NCBI GenBank assembly: GCA_963745835.1
Contig: CAVUZH010000014.1
Location: 352,001-416,000, forward strand
Source of the DNA: an uncultured delta proteobacterium
GTDB taxonomy: Bacteria; Desulfobacterota; Binatia; UBA9968
Direction: 5' to 3'
DNA length: 64,000 bases
Shown here piece by piece: positions 21,602-35,836 of the stretch. The notes under the pieces are model-generated. The model was not told where the DNA came from. It ran no database searches and saw only the letters and a program-made list of their open reading frames with translations. A program made the position numbers and the translations under genes. The stretch's first letter is position 1; every line of letters starts with the position of its first letter.

Positions 21602-21801
21602 GGAAAGTTTTTGGGCTCAGAATGTCAGATAACACTCGATACGAATGGGCAATTTCTCCCCAGTAAGAGGGCCGCGTAAGCTTGTCTAATGCGATGGCCG
21701 AAGCGCGCAAGGGAAAACACACTGCCTAAGGTGTCTTGGAGACTAAAGTGGAGACAACCGGAAAGAAGATCAGACTTGGGACGCTAAGTAATTGAAAATA
21801 C

Positions 21802-21847
21802 TGGCGCGCCCGGAGGGATTCGAACCCCCAACCCTCAGATCCGAAGT
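21802..21847 (-). mobile_element. att site: duplicated 3' half of tRNA-Arg(TCG)
   Basis: ACTTCGGATCTGAGGGTTGGGGGTTCGAATCCCTCCGGGCGCGCCA contains anticodon loop, T-arm and CCA; the 5' half is absent. Confidence 0.85.
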
Positions 21848-22695
21848 AGGATCCGGCCACGCACCAGAAAGAGACAAGAAGTAAGAGAGCCGCGAAAACG
21901 TCTGTTGTCTCGCCGCGATCGGGACAGGTTTGATTCTTCTCTCCAATCCCTTTTCCTGCGTGTTCCCGCTCATTCCGGCTACAATAAGGCAACATTTTCA
22001 ATAACAGGCGATGAAACAGGCGTCATTAACTCCCGCTTTCCTTCGTGAGCCGGATCGTTAATCGTAAAAAACAGCGCGAGAACAGCAGTAGTATGATGCG
22101 CGAATGGGCTTCTCGGAAGTCTGGTAGTCCTAAGAAAACACGCTTAATATCTTCTTCACCGAAGCTCCTTTCTCTCACGAGCCTTGCTCCTTTACCTCCC
22201 TCTTGTTTTTGCCTAATTGCTCCTTAACCTCCTTTCTCTTTCACCAGTCTCCATCCCTTCTTGATCGTGGCTTGTTTGGCACAAACTGCCTTCTGTCCAG
22301 AGGCCTTGTCCAATAGTTTCTTCCGATGTACGGTGTGTAGAACCACGTGTTCAGGACAATTACAAGAAACTAACCACCGGTATCGACGATACTGGCCGAC
22401 GACATGGCAACTGCAGACCGGCCATTCGCTCGCCATAGTGGTTGCCACGGTCCCCTTCGCCTGCCTCTTGAATGATCACCATATTACCCAGGCAAGCCTC
22501 GAAGACTTCCCGCGGCGCGCCTGTTGCCGCGAGTTAAGCACAGCGATCGGTGTTCAACGAAGCATCGTCTCGTCTGCTCGCCGCCTTCGCATGCCTCACA
22601 ATACATAATACAGCGCTATCCCGGAGAACAACCACGCCGTCCATGTAAGCAGAACGCCAGTTCTCAAAAATCATAGAGCTACTGTGAAATTTGTG

Positions 22696-22723
22696 CTTGA
22701 TTGATTGGTTTATAGTTATAGGC
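22696..22723 (+). repeat. 28-bp element repeated at 29366-29393
   Basis: CTTGATTGATTGGTTTATAGTTATAGGC vs CTTGATTGATCGGTTAATAGTTATAGGC (26/28). Confidence 0.7.
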
Positions 22724-22878
22724 GCGGCGAGCGCAAAAAGGACGAATAATATGGAGCGCTTCCAATCAATCCGGATCCGGGTTCCACCGCGGTGGCTTTC
22801 GTTTTAGTCTAGCCGACTTCTGCCGTCGTCTGGCCACAGAAGCTGCCGAGCCGTCCATCCTCGAGCGCAGGAATGACG

Positions 22879-25688
<2,810 letters not shown>

Positions 25689-25692
<4 letters not shown>

Positions 25693-28600
25693 TTTGCTCG
25701 ACTCCCGAGCTTGAAAACGCGCGTGCTGCCGCAGACAAACTCGTACACCTCGTCTTTGATTCCCAGCTTGATCGGCGCAACGCCGCGTTCGCGCCCGCGC
25801 ACGGTGAGCGTGTCGCGCGTAAGCCGCAGATCGAGCGAATGCCCGCGATAGCGGATGCGCATGTCGAGGCGCTCCAACTCCTGCGGCAATTGCGGATTGA
25901 GCCGCAGAACGTCCCCGGTTACTTCGATACCGGTCGATACACGCTGCACCAGATCGACGGTTCCCGCCATGGCGCCGAGATGCACGCCCTCCGCGGTGGT
26001 GCCCTGCTGGATATCGCTCACATCGCTCTGCAGCGCCTCGGCGAAGTAGCGTCATCGAGCGCGGCCGGTCCGAGCGCGCCAATACCCACGCATGGACCAC
26101 CCGGGAGAGCGTGGAGCCGTGCGACGAGCGGCAGTCGTAGTAGGCGACGTTGCGCGGGATGGTGTCGCGGTCGAACGGATAGCCCAGACGCGTGAACAGC
26201 TCGCCCAGCTCCTCGGCGGAAAACAGATAGAACAACATCAGCACGTCGGCCTGCTTCGAAAGCTTGTAGCGGTTCGCGCTGTCATTCTCCGCTTCGAGGA
26301 TGAGCTCGAGGCGCTGGATGTTGCCGTAGCGGGCGCGGTAGTCCTCGCCAATCCAGCTCGGCGAGCGTTTCGTAGCCCTCGAACTGGCTGATGATCCCGT
26401 CGCCATGAAACGGCACAAACATCCTGCGGCTGATGTCGTCCCAGCGCGCGATCTCGTCCGCGGACAACCCCAGCCGCGTCGTGAGCTCGGCGCGACGAAT
26501 GTCGGGGAGCAGGTCGAGCACGTCCAGCGCGCGGCACAGCACCCACACGGCCATGATGTTGGTGTAGGCGTTGTTATTGAGGCCGGGCGTCGGTGAACCC
26601 GGATAGCCCTCGTGAAACTCGTCGGGGCCCATCACGCCGCGAATCTCATAGCGCCCGCGCTCGTCATTGAAACTCGCGATGCTCGACCAGAAGCGGGCGA
26701 TCTCGAGAATCAGCTCGGCGCCGTGGAACTGCAGAAACTCGACATCGTGAGTGACTTGAAAGTACTGCCAGACGTTGTAGGCGATGGCGCTGCCGACGTG
26801 GCGCTGCAGGTAGGAGTTGTCGGGCACCCAGCGCTGCGAGCGCGGGTTCAGGTTGAGCTCCTGGGTTTCCTCCTGCCCGTCGCTGCCGCTTTGCCAGGGA
26901 AACATGGCGCCCTGAAATCCCGCGCTTCGGGCCGCGGCGCGCGCCTCGCCGAGGCGCCGGTAGCGATACATGAGCAGCGACCGGGTGATTTCGGGCATGC
27001 GATAATTGAGGAACGGGAAGATAAACAGCTCATCCCAGAAGATGTGGCCCTGGTAGGCCTCCCCGGTCCAGCCGCGCGCCGGCACGCCGATATCGAGCCC
27101 GATGGAGTTGGGCGACACCGCCTGCAGCAGATGAAACATGTTCAACCGCAGCAGCATCGGGACGTTCAGCTTGAATCCGGGCTCTGCCGGCTGGATATGC
27201 ACGTCGAAACGGCGCCACAAGTGCTTCCAGGCAAGCACGTGCTCCGCCATCACCGCGTCGAAGCGACCCGCGCGCGCGATCGCCTTGCGCGCCGCCAGGC
27301 CGCACTCGGAGATGGCCTGATCTCGCGACGTATAGAAAGAGGCGAGCTTCTCCAGCACCAGCGTCTCGCCCTGCTGGAGGTCGATCGACGAGTTCCTGCC
27401 CGATGTAGCCCGGTTCGTCGATGATCCGGCGCGGGCCCTCGCGAAGCTGTCCGTCGACGAACGCTTGCGTTCGCGCCGCCTGCGCGACATGAATATTCGA
27501 CTGGCAGGTGCGCACCAGCAGATACACGCCGTCCTCGCCAACGACCTCGCCTGCCAGCGGCTCCAGGTGTTTGTTGTTGAACTTTCGATAGAGCTTCGCG
27601 CCCGCGTTGACGACGCGCCCATCGATCGCCGAACGGACCGTGACGCGTGGCGGACCAGTTCTCGGCGGTCAGCGCCAGCTCCAGCGCGCCCAGGTGCATG
27701 TCGGCCATCGAGACCAGGCGGCGCTCCTTGAGCGTGGTGCGCCGCCCCTGGCCGTCCTCGAAGCTGAGGGTTCGCAACAGCATGCCGCGCCGGAGATCGA
27801 GCTCCTGGCGGTAGGACAGGATCTTGACTGTTCTCGGCATCGAACCAGTCCGCGTCGGCGATGCGAAACTCGAGCGCAAGCCAGTTGGGAAAATTGACCA
27901 GATCCTCGTTCTCGACCACCCGGCCGGCAATATCGGTGCGCAGCCGATTGTAGCCGCACGGCGAGGTAGGTGCCGGGATAGTGAATGTCATCCGCCCGCG
28001 CCCAGGCTGCCGCCCCGCGCGTCGCGAAATAGCCGTTCCCCAGGGCGCACAGGGCTTCGCGGATTCCCTCGCGCGCCGGGTCGAATCCTTCGTACACCAG
28101 TGACCACGCCGACGGCGGTTCCGCTGCGATCTTAACCTGCGCCAGGTCGGTGACCACGACATCGGCGCCGGCCTCGCGCAGCGCCTGCGATTGCCCGCTG
28201 CGATCGACGCCGATGACGCAGCCGAAAGCGGCCGGCGCGCCCCGCCTCGACGCCGGCGATCGCGTCCTCGACGACGACCGCCCGCGACGGTTCTACCTTG
28301 AGGCGCCGCGCCGCTTCCAGGAAAGCATCGGGCGCCGGCTTGCCGTTGAGAGAGAGGCGGGTGATATCCATCCCGTCCACCCGCGCGTCGAACAGCTGCG
28401 ATATCCCGGCTGCCTCAAGCACCGCCGCGCAGTTGTTGCTGGAGGACACGACCGCAGTCTTGATCTCCTGCGCCCGAAGTGTTCGAACGAGCGCGATCGA
28501 CGCTTCGTAGACCTCGACGCCGTGCTGCTCCAGGTGTTGCGGTGAAATATTGGTCCTTCAGGTTGCCCAGCGCGTGCACGGTTTGCGCGCCGGGGCCGTC

Positions 28601-28886
28601 TTCGGGTGCGCCGAAAGGCAATTCAATACCGCGCGACGCGAGGAAGTCCGCCACGCCGTCGTAACGCGGCTTGCCGTCGACGTAGCGCCGGTAGTCGGCA
28701 TCGATATCAAAGGCGACGAACGGTTCACCCGTCGTCTGCGGCCCGCTGCTCGAGAAACTGATCGAATAGCTTTTTCCACGCCGCTGCATGCACGCTCGCC
28801 GTCTTGGTCAGCACGCCGTCGAGGTCGAACAAAACAGCGTCGTAATCGCGCGGCGAAAGCGTGACTATGGGGGATAGGCTGGTCAT
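25689..28886 (-). CDS. Beta-phosphoglucomutase-family HAD fused to GH65 phosphorylase (trehalose/maltose type), many frameshifts
   Basis: [31 protein letters not shown]; [55 protein letters not shown]. Confidence 0.88.
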
Positions 28887-29365
28887 GATTCATTCTCTGG
28901 TGCGCTTGAAAAAACGGGTGCGCTCGCGCGACCCAAGAATGCCAAGCCCGGAAGTAAATCTTCTTTGGGTCCTTGCGTCTCTTTTACTCTGCTAAGGACT
29001 GCTTTGCGCGAGATATTCTGAGTTCGGTGAGCGGCAAGGAATTTTCGCGGCAAGTAGGTCGCTAGGAAGCCCTCCTTATGAACCTCATAGGAATTTCGAT
29101 CGCGCTCCCCACAGGCCGCATCGATATTGCCTGCCCGGTGCCTTTCGCGCCTCCTGGCTTAGTGTTGGATCTCGAGTCGCTATTGCGTCGTGTCTGCTGT
29201 CCCGTCAGATTCATGGTCACCTCCTCGGGCGGCGCACCCTGAGTAATCAGACAGAGATCTCACAGTATGTAGTAGCGGAATGTAGTCGACTTATCACCTA
29301 AACTTTTTCGCAACAAGGAAATTATTGTCTTTTCCGGGACCGTGAGGCAATGTTTCAGAACGTTT

Positions 29366-29393
29366 CTTGATTGATCGGTTAATAGTTATAGGC
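29366..29393 (+). repeat. Second copy of the 28-bp element
   Basis: See 22696-22723. Confidence 0.7.
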
Positions 29394-29561
29394 TAACGAA
29401 GAGCCTCCAACATCAACCGCTTTCTACCAGCATATTCGGAAAAAGAGGGAGCGTGCCAGTCAAGGATTCGGAATCCCGACGCCACGGTTGAGATCGTTTT
29501 AAGCACCTGTGCTCGCGTCGGTTCTGATGTTCAATCAATAGAGATGCAACTCTAGACTTGC

Positions 29562-31028
29562 ATGGATATTATCGTTGTCGATCGTATAAGCGCCATCCTG
29601 ACCGTCTTGCTCAGTGTCTACGCGCTCGGGATGACTGTACTCCTCATTTCGGAAAACCGGCGACCCCAAGCGACATTGGCCTGGATACTTATATTCGTCT
29701 TAGCTCCGGTGATCGGAGGGTTGATCTACATTTTTTTCGGCAGAGACACGAAAGCCTTCAGCAAACAGAGCAAGCTCCTCAGGCAGGATCTCGACGTTAG
29801 CGCCCGTCCCTTGTTGTCGCCGCTATTGTCACGCCAGGATATAGAGATCGCCCGGCTCGAGTATGAGAGTCTCGGCTATCGAAAGCTGATGATGCTGGTG
29901 CGTCGCAACTCCCGGTCGGCGTTAACAAAGCATAACCGTGTGGAGATTCAACAAGACGCCGCCAAGTTTTATCCGAATATGGTGGAGGATATAAAAGCGG
30001 CGCAGCACTCCATCCATCTTCAGTATTTCGTCTGGGCTGCCGACACGTTTACGGAATGCCTCAAGGAAGTTTTGAGCGCCAAGGCGAGAGCGGGGATCGA
30101 GGTCCGGTTGCTGTATGATCCGATAGGCTCCCAGGCACACGTGGGCTCCGCTTATGTAAAGAAGATGCTGGCGTCGGGAATCCAAATGGCCCCTACTTCC
30201 CCGCCCTACAGGCTGCACACGATTAGCTACCGCAATCATCGCAAGATCACCGTCATCGACGGCGCAATTGGCTATACCGGTGGGATGAATATTGGCAAGG
30301 AGCACGTTGACGGCGGCGAAGGCTTCAATTCGTGGCGGGATACTCAAGTGCGGATCGCCGGCGAAGGCGCCGCGGTGTTGCAAGCTGTGTTCATGGTCGA
30401 CTGGTATAACGCAGTCAGGGAAAACCTCTTTGCCGAGGCCTATTTTCCCGCAGCCGCTACCGAATTAATCGACGGCGATGTGCCGGTCCAGATCCTAACC
30501 TCGGGGCCAGATTCGCATTGGGCCGCGATCAGGCAACTCTACTCCTTCATGATCGTATCGGCCAAAAAACACGTCTTTATCCAGTCGCCTTATTTTGTAC
30601 CCGACGCAACCATTGCCGAAGCGCTTATGACCGCCGCTTTCTCTGGTGTCGACGTCAGAGTCATGCTCAGCGCGCGGCCTTCCGGCAACAGAGTGCCTGC
30701 CTGGGCAGGGAACACGTTTATGGCTGAGGTTGTCGATGCCGGGGTGCGCATGTTTCTTTATGAAAAGGGCTATCTGCACGCTAAGACCATCAGCATCGAT
30801 TCGGAGGTCTGCTCAATCGGCTCGGCAAATATCGACATTCGCAGCTTCAGTATCAACTACGAGCTCAACGCAGTGCTCTACAGTCGCGAACTCGCCAGGG
30901 AGTTGGAGAAAGACTTCGAACGCGACCTCGTTCACTGCACTGAATTCAGTCCCAAAGAGTATAAGAAGCGCAGTGGTGTCGTGCGGTTCAGGGATTCGGT
31001 CGCAAGGGTCTTCTCTCCGCTGCTATGA
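29562..31028 (+). CDS. cls: Cardiolipin synthase
   Basis: Two N-terminal TM helices; two HKD motifs RNHRKITVID and LHAKTISID. Confidence 0.93.
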   Translation: MDIIVVDRISAILTVLLSVYALGMTVLLISENRRPQATLAWILIFVLAPVIGGLIYIFFGRDTKAFSKQSKLLRQDLDVSARPLLSPLLSRQDIEIARLEYESLGYRKLMMLVRRNSRSALTKHNRVEIQQDAAKFYPNMVEDIKAAQHSIHLQYFVWAADTFTECLKEVLSAKARAGIEVRLLYDPIGSQAHVGSAYVKKMLASGIQMAPTSPPYRLHTISYRNHRKITVIDGAIGYTGGMNIGKEHVDGGEGFNSWRDTQVRIAGEGAAVLQAVFMVDWYNAVRENLFAEAYFPAAATELIDGDVPVQILTSGPDSHWAAIRQLYSFMIVSAKKHVFIQSPYFVPDATIAEALMTAAFSGVDVRVMLSARPSGNRVPAWAGNTFMAEVVDAGVRMFLYEKGYLHAKTISIDSEVCSIGSANIDIRSFSINYELNAVLYSRELARELEKDFERDLVHCTEFSPKEYKKRSGVVRFRDSVARVFSPLL

Positions 31029-31336
31029 GAAAACGACCGTGACAGGGGCCGGTCAACTGTAGTTCAGAAAACCATTCCATGTACGCAGCAGGCCATCGTG
31101 CTTGCAGCCGAAGCCCTTTGTATGCTCAGCGAGGGAATACGACGACTTTATCCCTGCACAACTGTATGTCGTGAAATTAAGGAGAGCCTGGTCGGAGCTG
31201 GCTTAGACTTTGTCAGTCCCGCTGTCCCTAGTGTAACCAGACGTTCTGCACAATATTTTCGGTCAGTCTTATCCATGATGTAATGACCCGTCAGCACAAC
31301 GATAGCAAACTTGCGCGGCAGTCCTATACAGTCGAT

Positions 31337-33628
31337 TCATACTGGCCTACTTCCCGGCTCTGAATCGTAAGTGTAAAGCATGCGTGGCAGCTGGGCTTCG
31401 GCTTCGATGCGGCGGGGGTTCGGATAACGCAACGCCTGCCAACAGAGCCAGAGCAGAGGTAAAGCTCCGCCGATGATGAATAGAGCGTCGCCTGGTAAGC
31501 GCGCCCATTCGAGAACATTAACCCAGCGCAGATTGAGAAAGCTCAAACTCCGCGCATACCAGTAGCCGATATCCACGGCATAATAGAGCTGGACAATGCC
31601 GAGCGGGAAAAGATTCACAAACGCCATCCATGCCAGGCCGATATTCAGAGACCAGAAAGATATTTTAGCCGCGCGATCGCTCCATCTGTCGGGATGGGTC
31701 AAGTAGCGCAAACAGAAGAGCAACAATCCGACCGCCAGCATGCCGTAAACGCCCATCATGGCGGTGTGGCCGTGGTTGGCGGTGAGCGCGGTGCCGATTT
31801 CGTAATAGCTTACGACTGGAAGATTGATCAGGAATCCAAACACGCCAGCGCCGAGAAAATTCCACACACCCACCGCTACGAGAAACCATACGGCCCAACG
31901 ATGGAGGTGATAGCGCTCCACGGTTTTCTGTTCTCCCGACTTGATGAAGGACCACGCTTCGAGGCTCAGCAACAATAATGGAATGACTTCCATCGCCGAG
32001 AAAGTCGCGCCTAATGCCAGGTGCGCTACCGGCGTGCCGCTAAAATAGAGGTGGTGCATCGTGCCGATAACACCGCCCAGCGAGTAAAGGATGATATCCA
32101 GATAAATCACGCGCAGGGCAGTCGCCTGGCGAACGACTCCCAGCAATACGAACATGTAGGCGACCATAACAGTGGTAAACAGCTCGAGAAAATCCTCCAC
32201 CCAAAGATGCACCACCCAGAAACGCCAGAAATCATTGACGACGAAACCTTCGCGAGGGCTCGCGAGCAGCCCTACGGCGTAGAACGCAGGAATGGCAAGA
32301 GCGGCATAAAACAAGAGCCAAGGCATATTGCCGAAGTGCTGCTCGCGCAACGTTCCGCGGAGCCCGCGAAACAAGATGAACACCCACAGCAACAGACCAA
32401 CGACGAGCAGGATCTGCCACAGTCTGCCGAGGTCGAGGTATTCCCAGCCTTGATGACCGAGCCAAAACCACAGTCCCTCGCCTAACCAGCCGCGCGCGCC
32501 GAGGTATTCGCCGGCCAGGCTGCCGAAGACTACGATGGCAACGGCAATGAGAAGCACGATTGTAAGCGCCCCCTGGCCGGAGCGCTCACGCCCCGCGATC
32601 AGCGGCACAATGAAAATGCCGGTTGCAAGAAACGACGCGGAGACCCAAAAAATTGCCAGCTGAACGTGCCAGGTCCGCATGATGTTGAAGGGCAGGATGG
32701 TTGAGAAATCGATGCCAAAAAATCCCTCCGGCTCAGCCCGATAGTGTGCAATTAGTCCACCGGTCAAAGTTTGCAAGACAAAGAGTAGCGAAGAGACGAA
32801 CAGAAACCAGACGATGGCTCGCTGTGCCGGTGTAACCGCCACTTGATCGATCGAACGGAATCGCACCGGTTCAGTTTCCGTTTCACTCCAACCGAGCCAA
32901 TCGTAGCGGCCAAAGAAATAAAGGATCACCCCGGTTCCGCCTAACAAGCCGATGATCGAAATCACGCTCCAGGTGATGGCATCGGCGGTGATGAAATTTC
33001 CAGCCAGAGGCTCGGGCGGCCAATTGTTCGTGTACGAGTAGGAGTAACCGGGACGATCGGCAGCGGCGGTCCAGGCAGTCCACGCAAAAAAGGCGGTGAG
33101 TTTGCGGATATCCTCGGGATTGGTAATCCATTCAGCCTGAGCGCCGCCATGGGTTTTCTTTGCGAAGAAAATCGAGTGATAGTGCTCCTCCATCATTCTG
33201 TGCGCCGCTGCTCTTGGTCCGGTCCAGACAAGCGAATCATCCGCCGGGTTGTAAGTATTTTTGTGCAGCTCGGCGGCAACTCGCTCACGTGATGAAAGAC
33301 CGCTCACCGGCGCGCCTGCATACGCGTTGATGAGGAACTCGGAAGTATTGTGAAGGTACTCGGCGGTGAAATCCGGTCCCAGATAAGCGCCATGACCGTA
33401 CACCGAGCCATACTCCATCACCCCATAGCGCTGGAAAACGTTCATTCCGCCGACAATATCTTCGCGGGTAAACAGGACCTTGTTCTCGGCCAGGACTCTG
33501 GCAGGGATGGGCGGTTGGTCACGATAGACCAAATAGGCGAGGAGCCCGAGCACGGTAAAACCGAGGAGATAAGTCAGCACTGCTCCTTGAAACCAAAGAG
33601 ACGAAATCGGCATGGGTTCTCGTGTCAT
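31337..33628 (-). CDS. norB: Quinol-dependent nitric oxide reductase (qNOR)
   Basis: GSVYGHGAYLGPDFTA, YTNNWP, RTWHVQ, VHLWVEDFLE, GTMHH, HGHTAMMGVYG; 763-aa single subunit. Confidence 0.93.
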   Translation of the reverse strand: MTREPMPISSLWFQGAVLTYLLGFTVLGLLAYLVYRDQPPIPARVLAENKVLFTREDIVGGMNVFQRYGVMEYGSVYGHGAYLGPDFTAEYLHNTSEFLINAYAGAPVSGLSSRERVAAELHKNTYNPADDSLVWTGPRAAAHRMMEEHYHSIFFAKKTHGGAQAEWITNPEDIRKLTAFFAWTAWTAAADRPGYSYSYTNNWPPEPLAGNFITADAITWSVISIIGLLGGTGVILYFFGRYDWLGWSETETEPVRFRSIDQVAVTPAQRAIVWFLFVSSLLFVLQTLTGGLIAHYRAEPEGFFGIDFSTILPFNIMRTWHVQLAIFWVSASFLATGIFIVPLIAGRERSGQGALTIVLLIAVAIVVFGSLAGEYLGARGWLGEGLWFWLGHQGWEYLDLGRLWQILLVVGLLLWVFILFRGLRGTLREQHFGNMPWLLFYAALAIPAFYAVGLLASPREGFVVNDFWRFWVVHLWVEDFLELFTTVMVAYMFVLLGVVRQATALRVIYLDIILYSLGGVIGTMHHLYFSGTPVAHLALGATFSAMEVIPLLLLSLEAWSFIKSGEQKTVERYHLHRWAVWFLVAVGVWNFLGAGVFGFLINLPVVSYYEIGTALTANHGHTAMMGVYGMLAVGLLLFCLRYLTHPDRWSDRAAKISFWSLNIGLAWMAFVNLFPLGIVQLYYAVDIGYWYARSLSFLNLRWVNVLEWARLPGDALFIIGGALPLLWLCWQALRYPNPRRIEAEAQLPRMLYTYDSEPGSRPV

Positions 33629-33685
33629 AGCGTGTCACCTCTGTTTTTATAGCGTTCAAAAGCTCGAAACGTTGCTATGGGTCTC

Positions 33686-33702
33686 TGCAATCAGAGTCCC
33701 TG
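33686..33702 (-). promoter_or_regulatory. Candidate sigma54 promoter of qNOR
   Basis: CAGGGACTCTGATTGCA. Confidence 0.45.
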
Positions 33703-34010
33703 TGTGTTAACCCGATGTCGAGTCGTAGTTCTCATTGATCAAGTCCTCGGGTACGCCCGGTAAAGTCCAGGTATTCTATTGATGATCAGAGCAATTACAT
33801 AATACCTCGGTACAATTTAGCGAGTTTGAAGCAGCAGAGAAACAGTGTGTCCCTAACGAGCGACAAGGGTCGTGGTATCTTGAAAGTGAGATCGACTAAG
33901 ACCAAGAGCGAAGGTCAAGGAAAATCAAAGCTAGTCGAGTAGCGCAAATCCTGACGGCTTTATTGTCGCGGCATCCGCTCAAGAAATCGCCCGCAATCAG
34001 CTATAATCTG

Positions 34011-34277
34011 CTACTCAACATCCGCGACCTTCTTGATCCCATCGCCCCAATCTTCAACTTTGAAGTCCGAGAACGAAAGCACGATCGGCTCCTTTTCCTC
34101 GATGACGATCATCCGGTTCTTGTACTTAATTAGGAATGAAATCTTGAGCAATAACGAGTCGTCACGAAATTCGAGGAGCGTTACCTTTTGCTCGAAATAG
34201 GAGTATTCCTTGTCGCGCAATATCTCTTCTACTCGCTTACGCGTAAGTGTCTCTTTAGGAGCTAAAAATCCATCCAT
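34011..34277 (-). CDS. Hypothetical protein, 88 aa
   Basis: RBS GGGGAGGGG; clean ORF. Confidence 0.6.
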   Translation of the reverse strand: MDGFLAPKETLTRKRVEEILRDKEYSYFEQKVTLLEFRDDSLLLKISFLIKYKNRMIVIEEKEPIVLSFSDFKVEDWGDGIKKVADVE

Positions 34278-34348
34278 TTCCCCTCCCCATTCCTAGTCGC
34301 CGGCGTTTTGCAATCCTAATCTCGCACATCCATCCGTCAGGACGTTCT

Positions 34349-34768
34349 TCATGCCTGCTCATCTTCTAACCGGTTAAGGAAACACCGCAGGACGTCAACA
34401 TAGGTGACAGTGTCCACGATGCCTTCAGTTCATCGACAGGAATGCCGCCGATCTTTTCTTCGATCAGCAATTCAACCGCTTCGCGGAGATCGTTCTCAGG
34501 CGAAACTGTCGGAGCTTGGCGGTCATTATCTCGTTTACCTTGGTTCTCAGCGCTCTGGCCCTTCCTCTGGCTTAAGAAGCGACGATTGGGCAAGGAAAGA
34601 GCGAATATCGCGCTCACTGACGATACCAATAAGTTGTTTCTTCTCGATGACCGGAAGTTGTCGATAGTGGTTCTCGTCCATTAGCTCTTCCGCTTTACCC
34701 ACTGTATCCGAGGGACTCACGGTCAGAGGATCACGTCGAATAGTTTCATTGAATTAGCTTTTCATCAT
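34349..34768 (-). pseudogene. CBS-pair (AcuB-like) protein, frameshifted
   Basis: PLTVSPSDTVGKAEELMDENHYRQLPVI...GIVSERDIR; TVSPENDLREAVELLIEEKIGGIPV. Confidence 0.8.
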
Positions 34769-34792
34769 GGTTTCCCACTACGATCTATAGAG

Positions 34793-34915
34793 AGCACAGG
34801 TTGTGCCAAGGACGTGGGAAAAATGTTCCCGTGAATGTCATCCGTAATCGGCATCGATCGCCAAACTCTCGCTAGAAATGAGAAAAGTTCTGCGACAAAT
34901 TCTAGTTGCTGCGAA
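34793..34915 (-). promoter_or_regulatory. sigma54 promoter with paired upstream boxes
   Basis: TTGGCACAACCTGTGCT (34793-34809); boxes TTCTCA-TTTC-TAGCGA (34869-34884) and TTCGCA-GCAA-CTAGAA (34900-34915). Confidence 0.65.
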
Positions 34916-35233
34916 TCAAAAGAAGCGTTGAACCCGAAGATTTCACTCATTGGCGTTCACCCTGGTCGAACCTCTCGGCTGTCAAGGCCGCGAAGAGTCT
35001 CCGGTTTGCACTGATGCGCCGGCAGGATGGCGCTCCGGTAGGAATTGCGCAGCCATACTCGCTCCTTCGATTAGCTTGAGTACTGGTGAAAAGGGCCCAT
35101 CTCGACTCCGGTCTGGTTTAGTATTTAGATTCAAGGCATTCGCTCGAAGGAAGGTAACCAATTAGCAAAAAGGCAATAGAGATTCCCGAATGAGCCGTGC
35201 GAAAAGAACTGCCGACGGTCCAAGCCAAACGAA

Positions 35234-35376
35234 TTCTCAAAGCCGCGAAACCAGCGACCGATCTTTCGCGATTCCAATAATAGAGGCGAGATAGAGATAC
35301 CGCCCGCCGGCATTTTGCCCGCTAGAACTCGATAAAAAGCAGTGGGATCGTAAGCGAAAGTGGCATCGAAGATGCG
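35234..35376 (+). promoter_or_regulatory. sigma54 promoter with paired upstream boxes
   Basis: TTCTCA-AAGC-CGCGAA (35234), TTCGCG-ATTC-CAATAA (35265), GTGGCATCGAAGATGCG (35360-35376). Confidence 0.55.
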
Positions 35377-35404
35377 TTATTCCCCCATGTGGGAGATGAG
35401 AAAT

Positions 35405-35731
35405 ATGGCAGACGAAACGGATCGATTTGGCGATACCATGCGACTTGTTGAGAGAGCTAAAGAAGATATTTACTTTGCCGAGCAAGATCGACAGGTGCTG
35501 GAAAAACTCCGCAGTCAACTCCGTAAGGTCGAGACTTCTGACGCGCCCCGGCACTGTCCCAAGTGCCCGGGTAAGCTAGAGGCTTACACGTTTGAGGGCT
35601 ATGCGCTCGATCGCTGTCAGGAATGCGGTGGAGTTTGGTTGGATCGGGGTGAGCTCGAGGCGATCGTCAAGAAGATCAGGCGCGGGCCACTTGGTGGGTG
35701 GTTGGATACCCTGAGCGAGGAAATCAAATAA
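35405..35731 (+). CDS. zf-TFIIB zinc-ribbon domain protein
   Basis: CPKC...LDRCQECGGVWLDRGEL. Confidence 0.85.
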   Translation: MADETDRFGDTMRLVERAKEDIYFAEQDRQVLEKLRSQLRKVETSDAPRHCPKCPGKLEAYTFEGYALDRCQECGGVWLDRGELEAIVKKIRRGPLGGWLDTLSEEIK

Positions 35732-35836
35732 TGACGAAGCTTGGAATGCGATTAGCGGCGAAAGATCACACTTTGCAGAAGGCTTAGGGCCGAAAGAAAC
35801 ATTCGGAACGTTTACGGGGCGACGAAAGATATTTTT

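Noticed and set aside
21802-21847. Functional tRNA-Arg gene
   Set aside because: No 5' acceptor strand, D-arm or 5' anticodon stem
22045-22608. Short Cys-rich ORFs next to the att site
   Set aside because: No recognisable family, and overlapping ORFs on both strands
28915-29035. REP/MITE-like degenerate inverted repeat (CTCGCGCG...CTTTGCGCGAG)
   Set aside because: Single degenerate copy in the window; cannot be supported as an element
31337-33628. NO dismutase (Nod)
   Set aside because: Retains canonical qNOR motifs HLWVE..E, GTMHH and HGH
33725-33795. FNR/DNR boxes upstream of qNOR
   Set aside because: Only TTGAT half-sites, without the TTGAT-N4-ATCAA spacing
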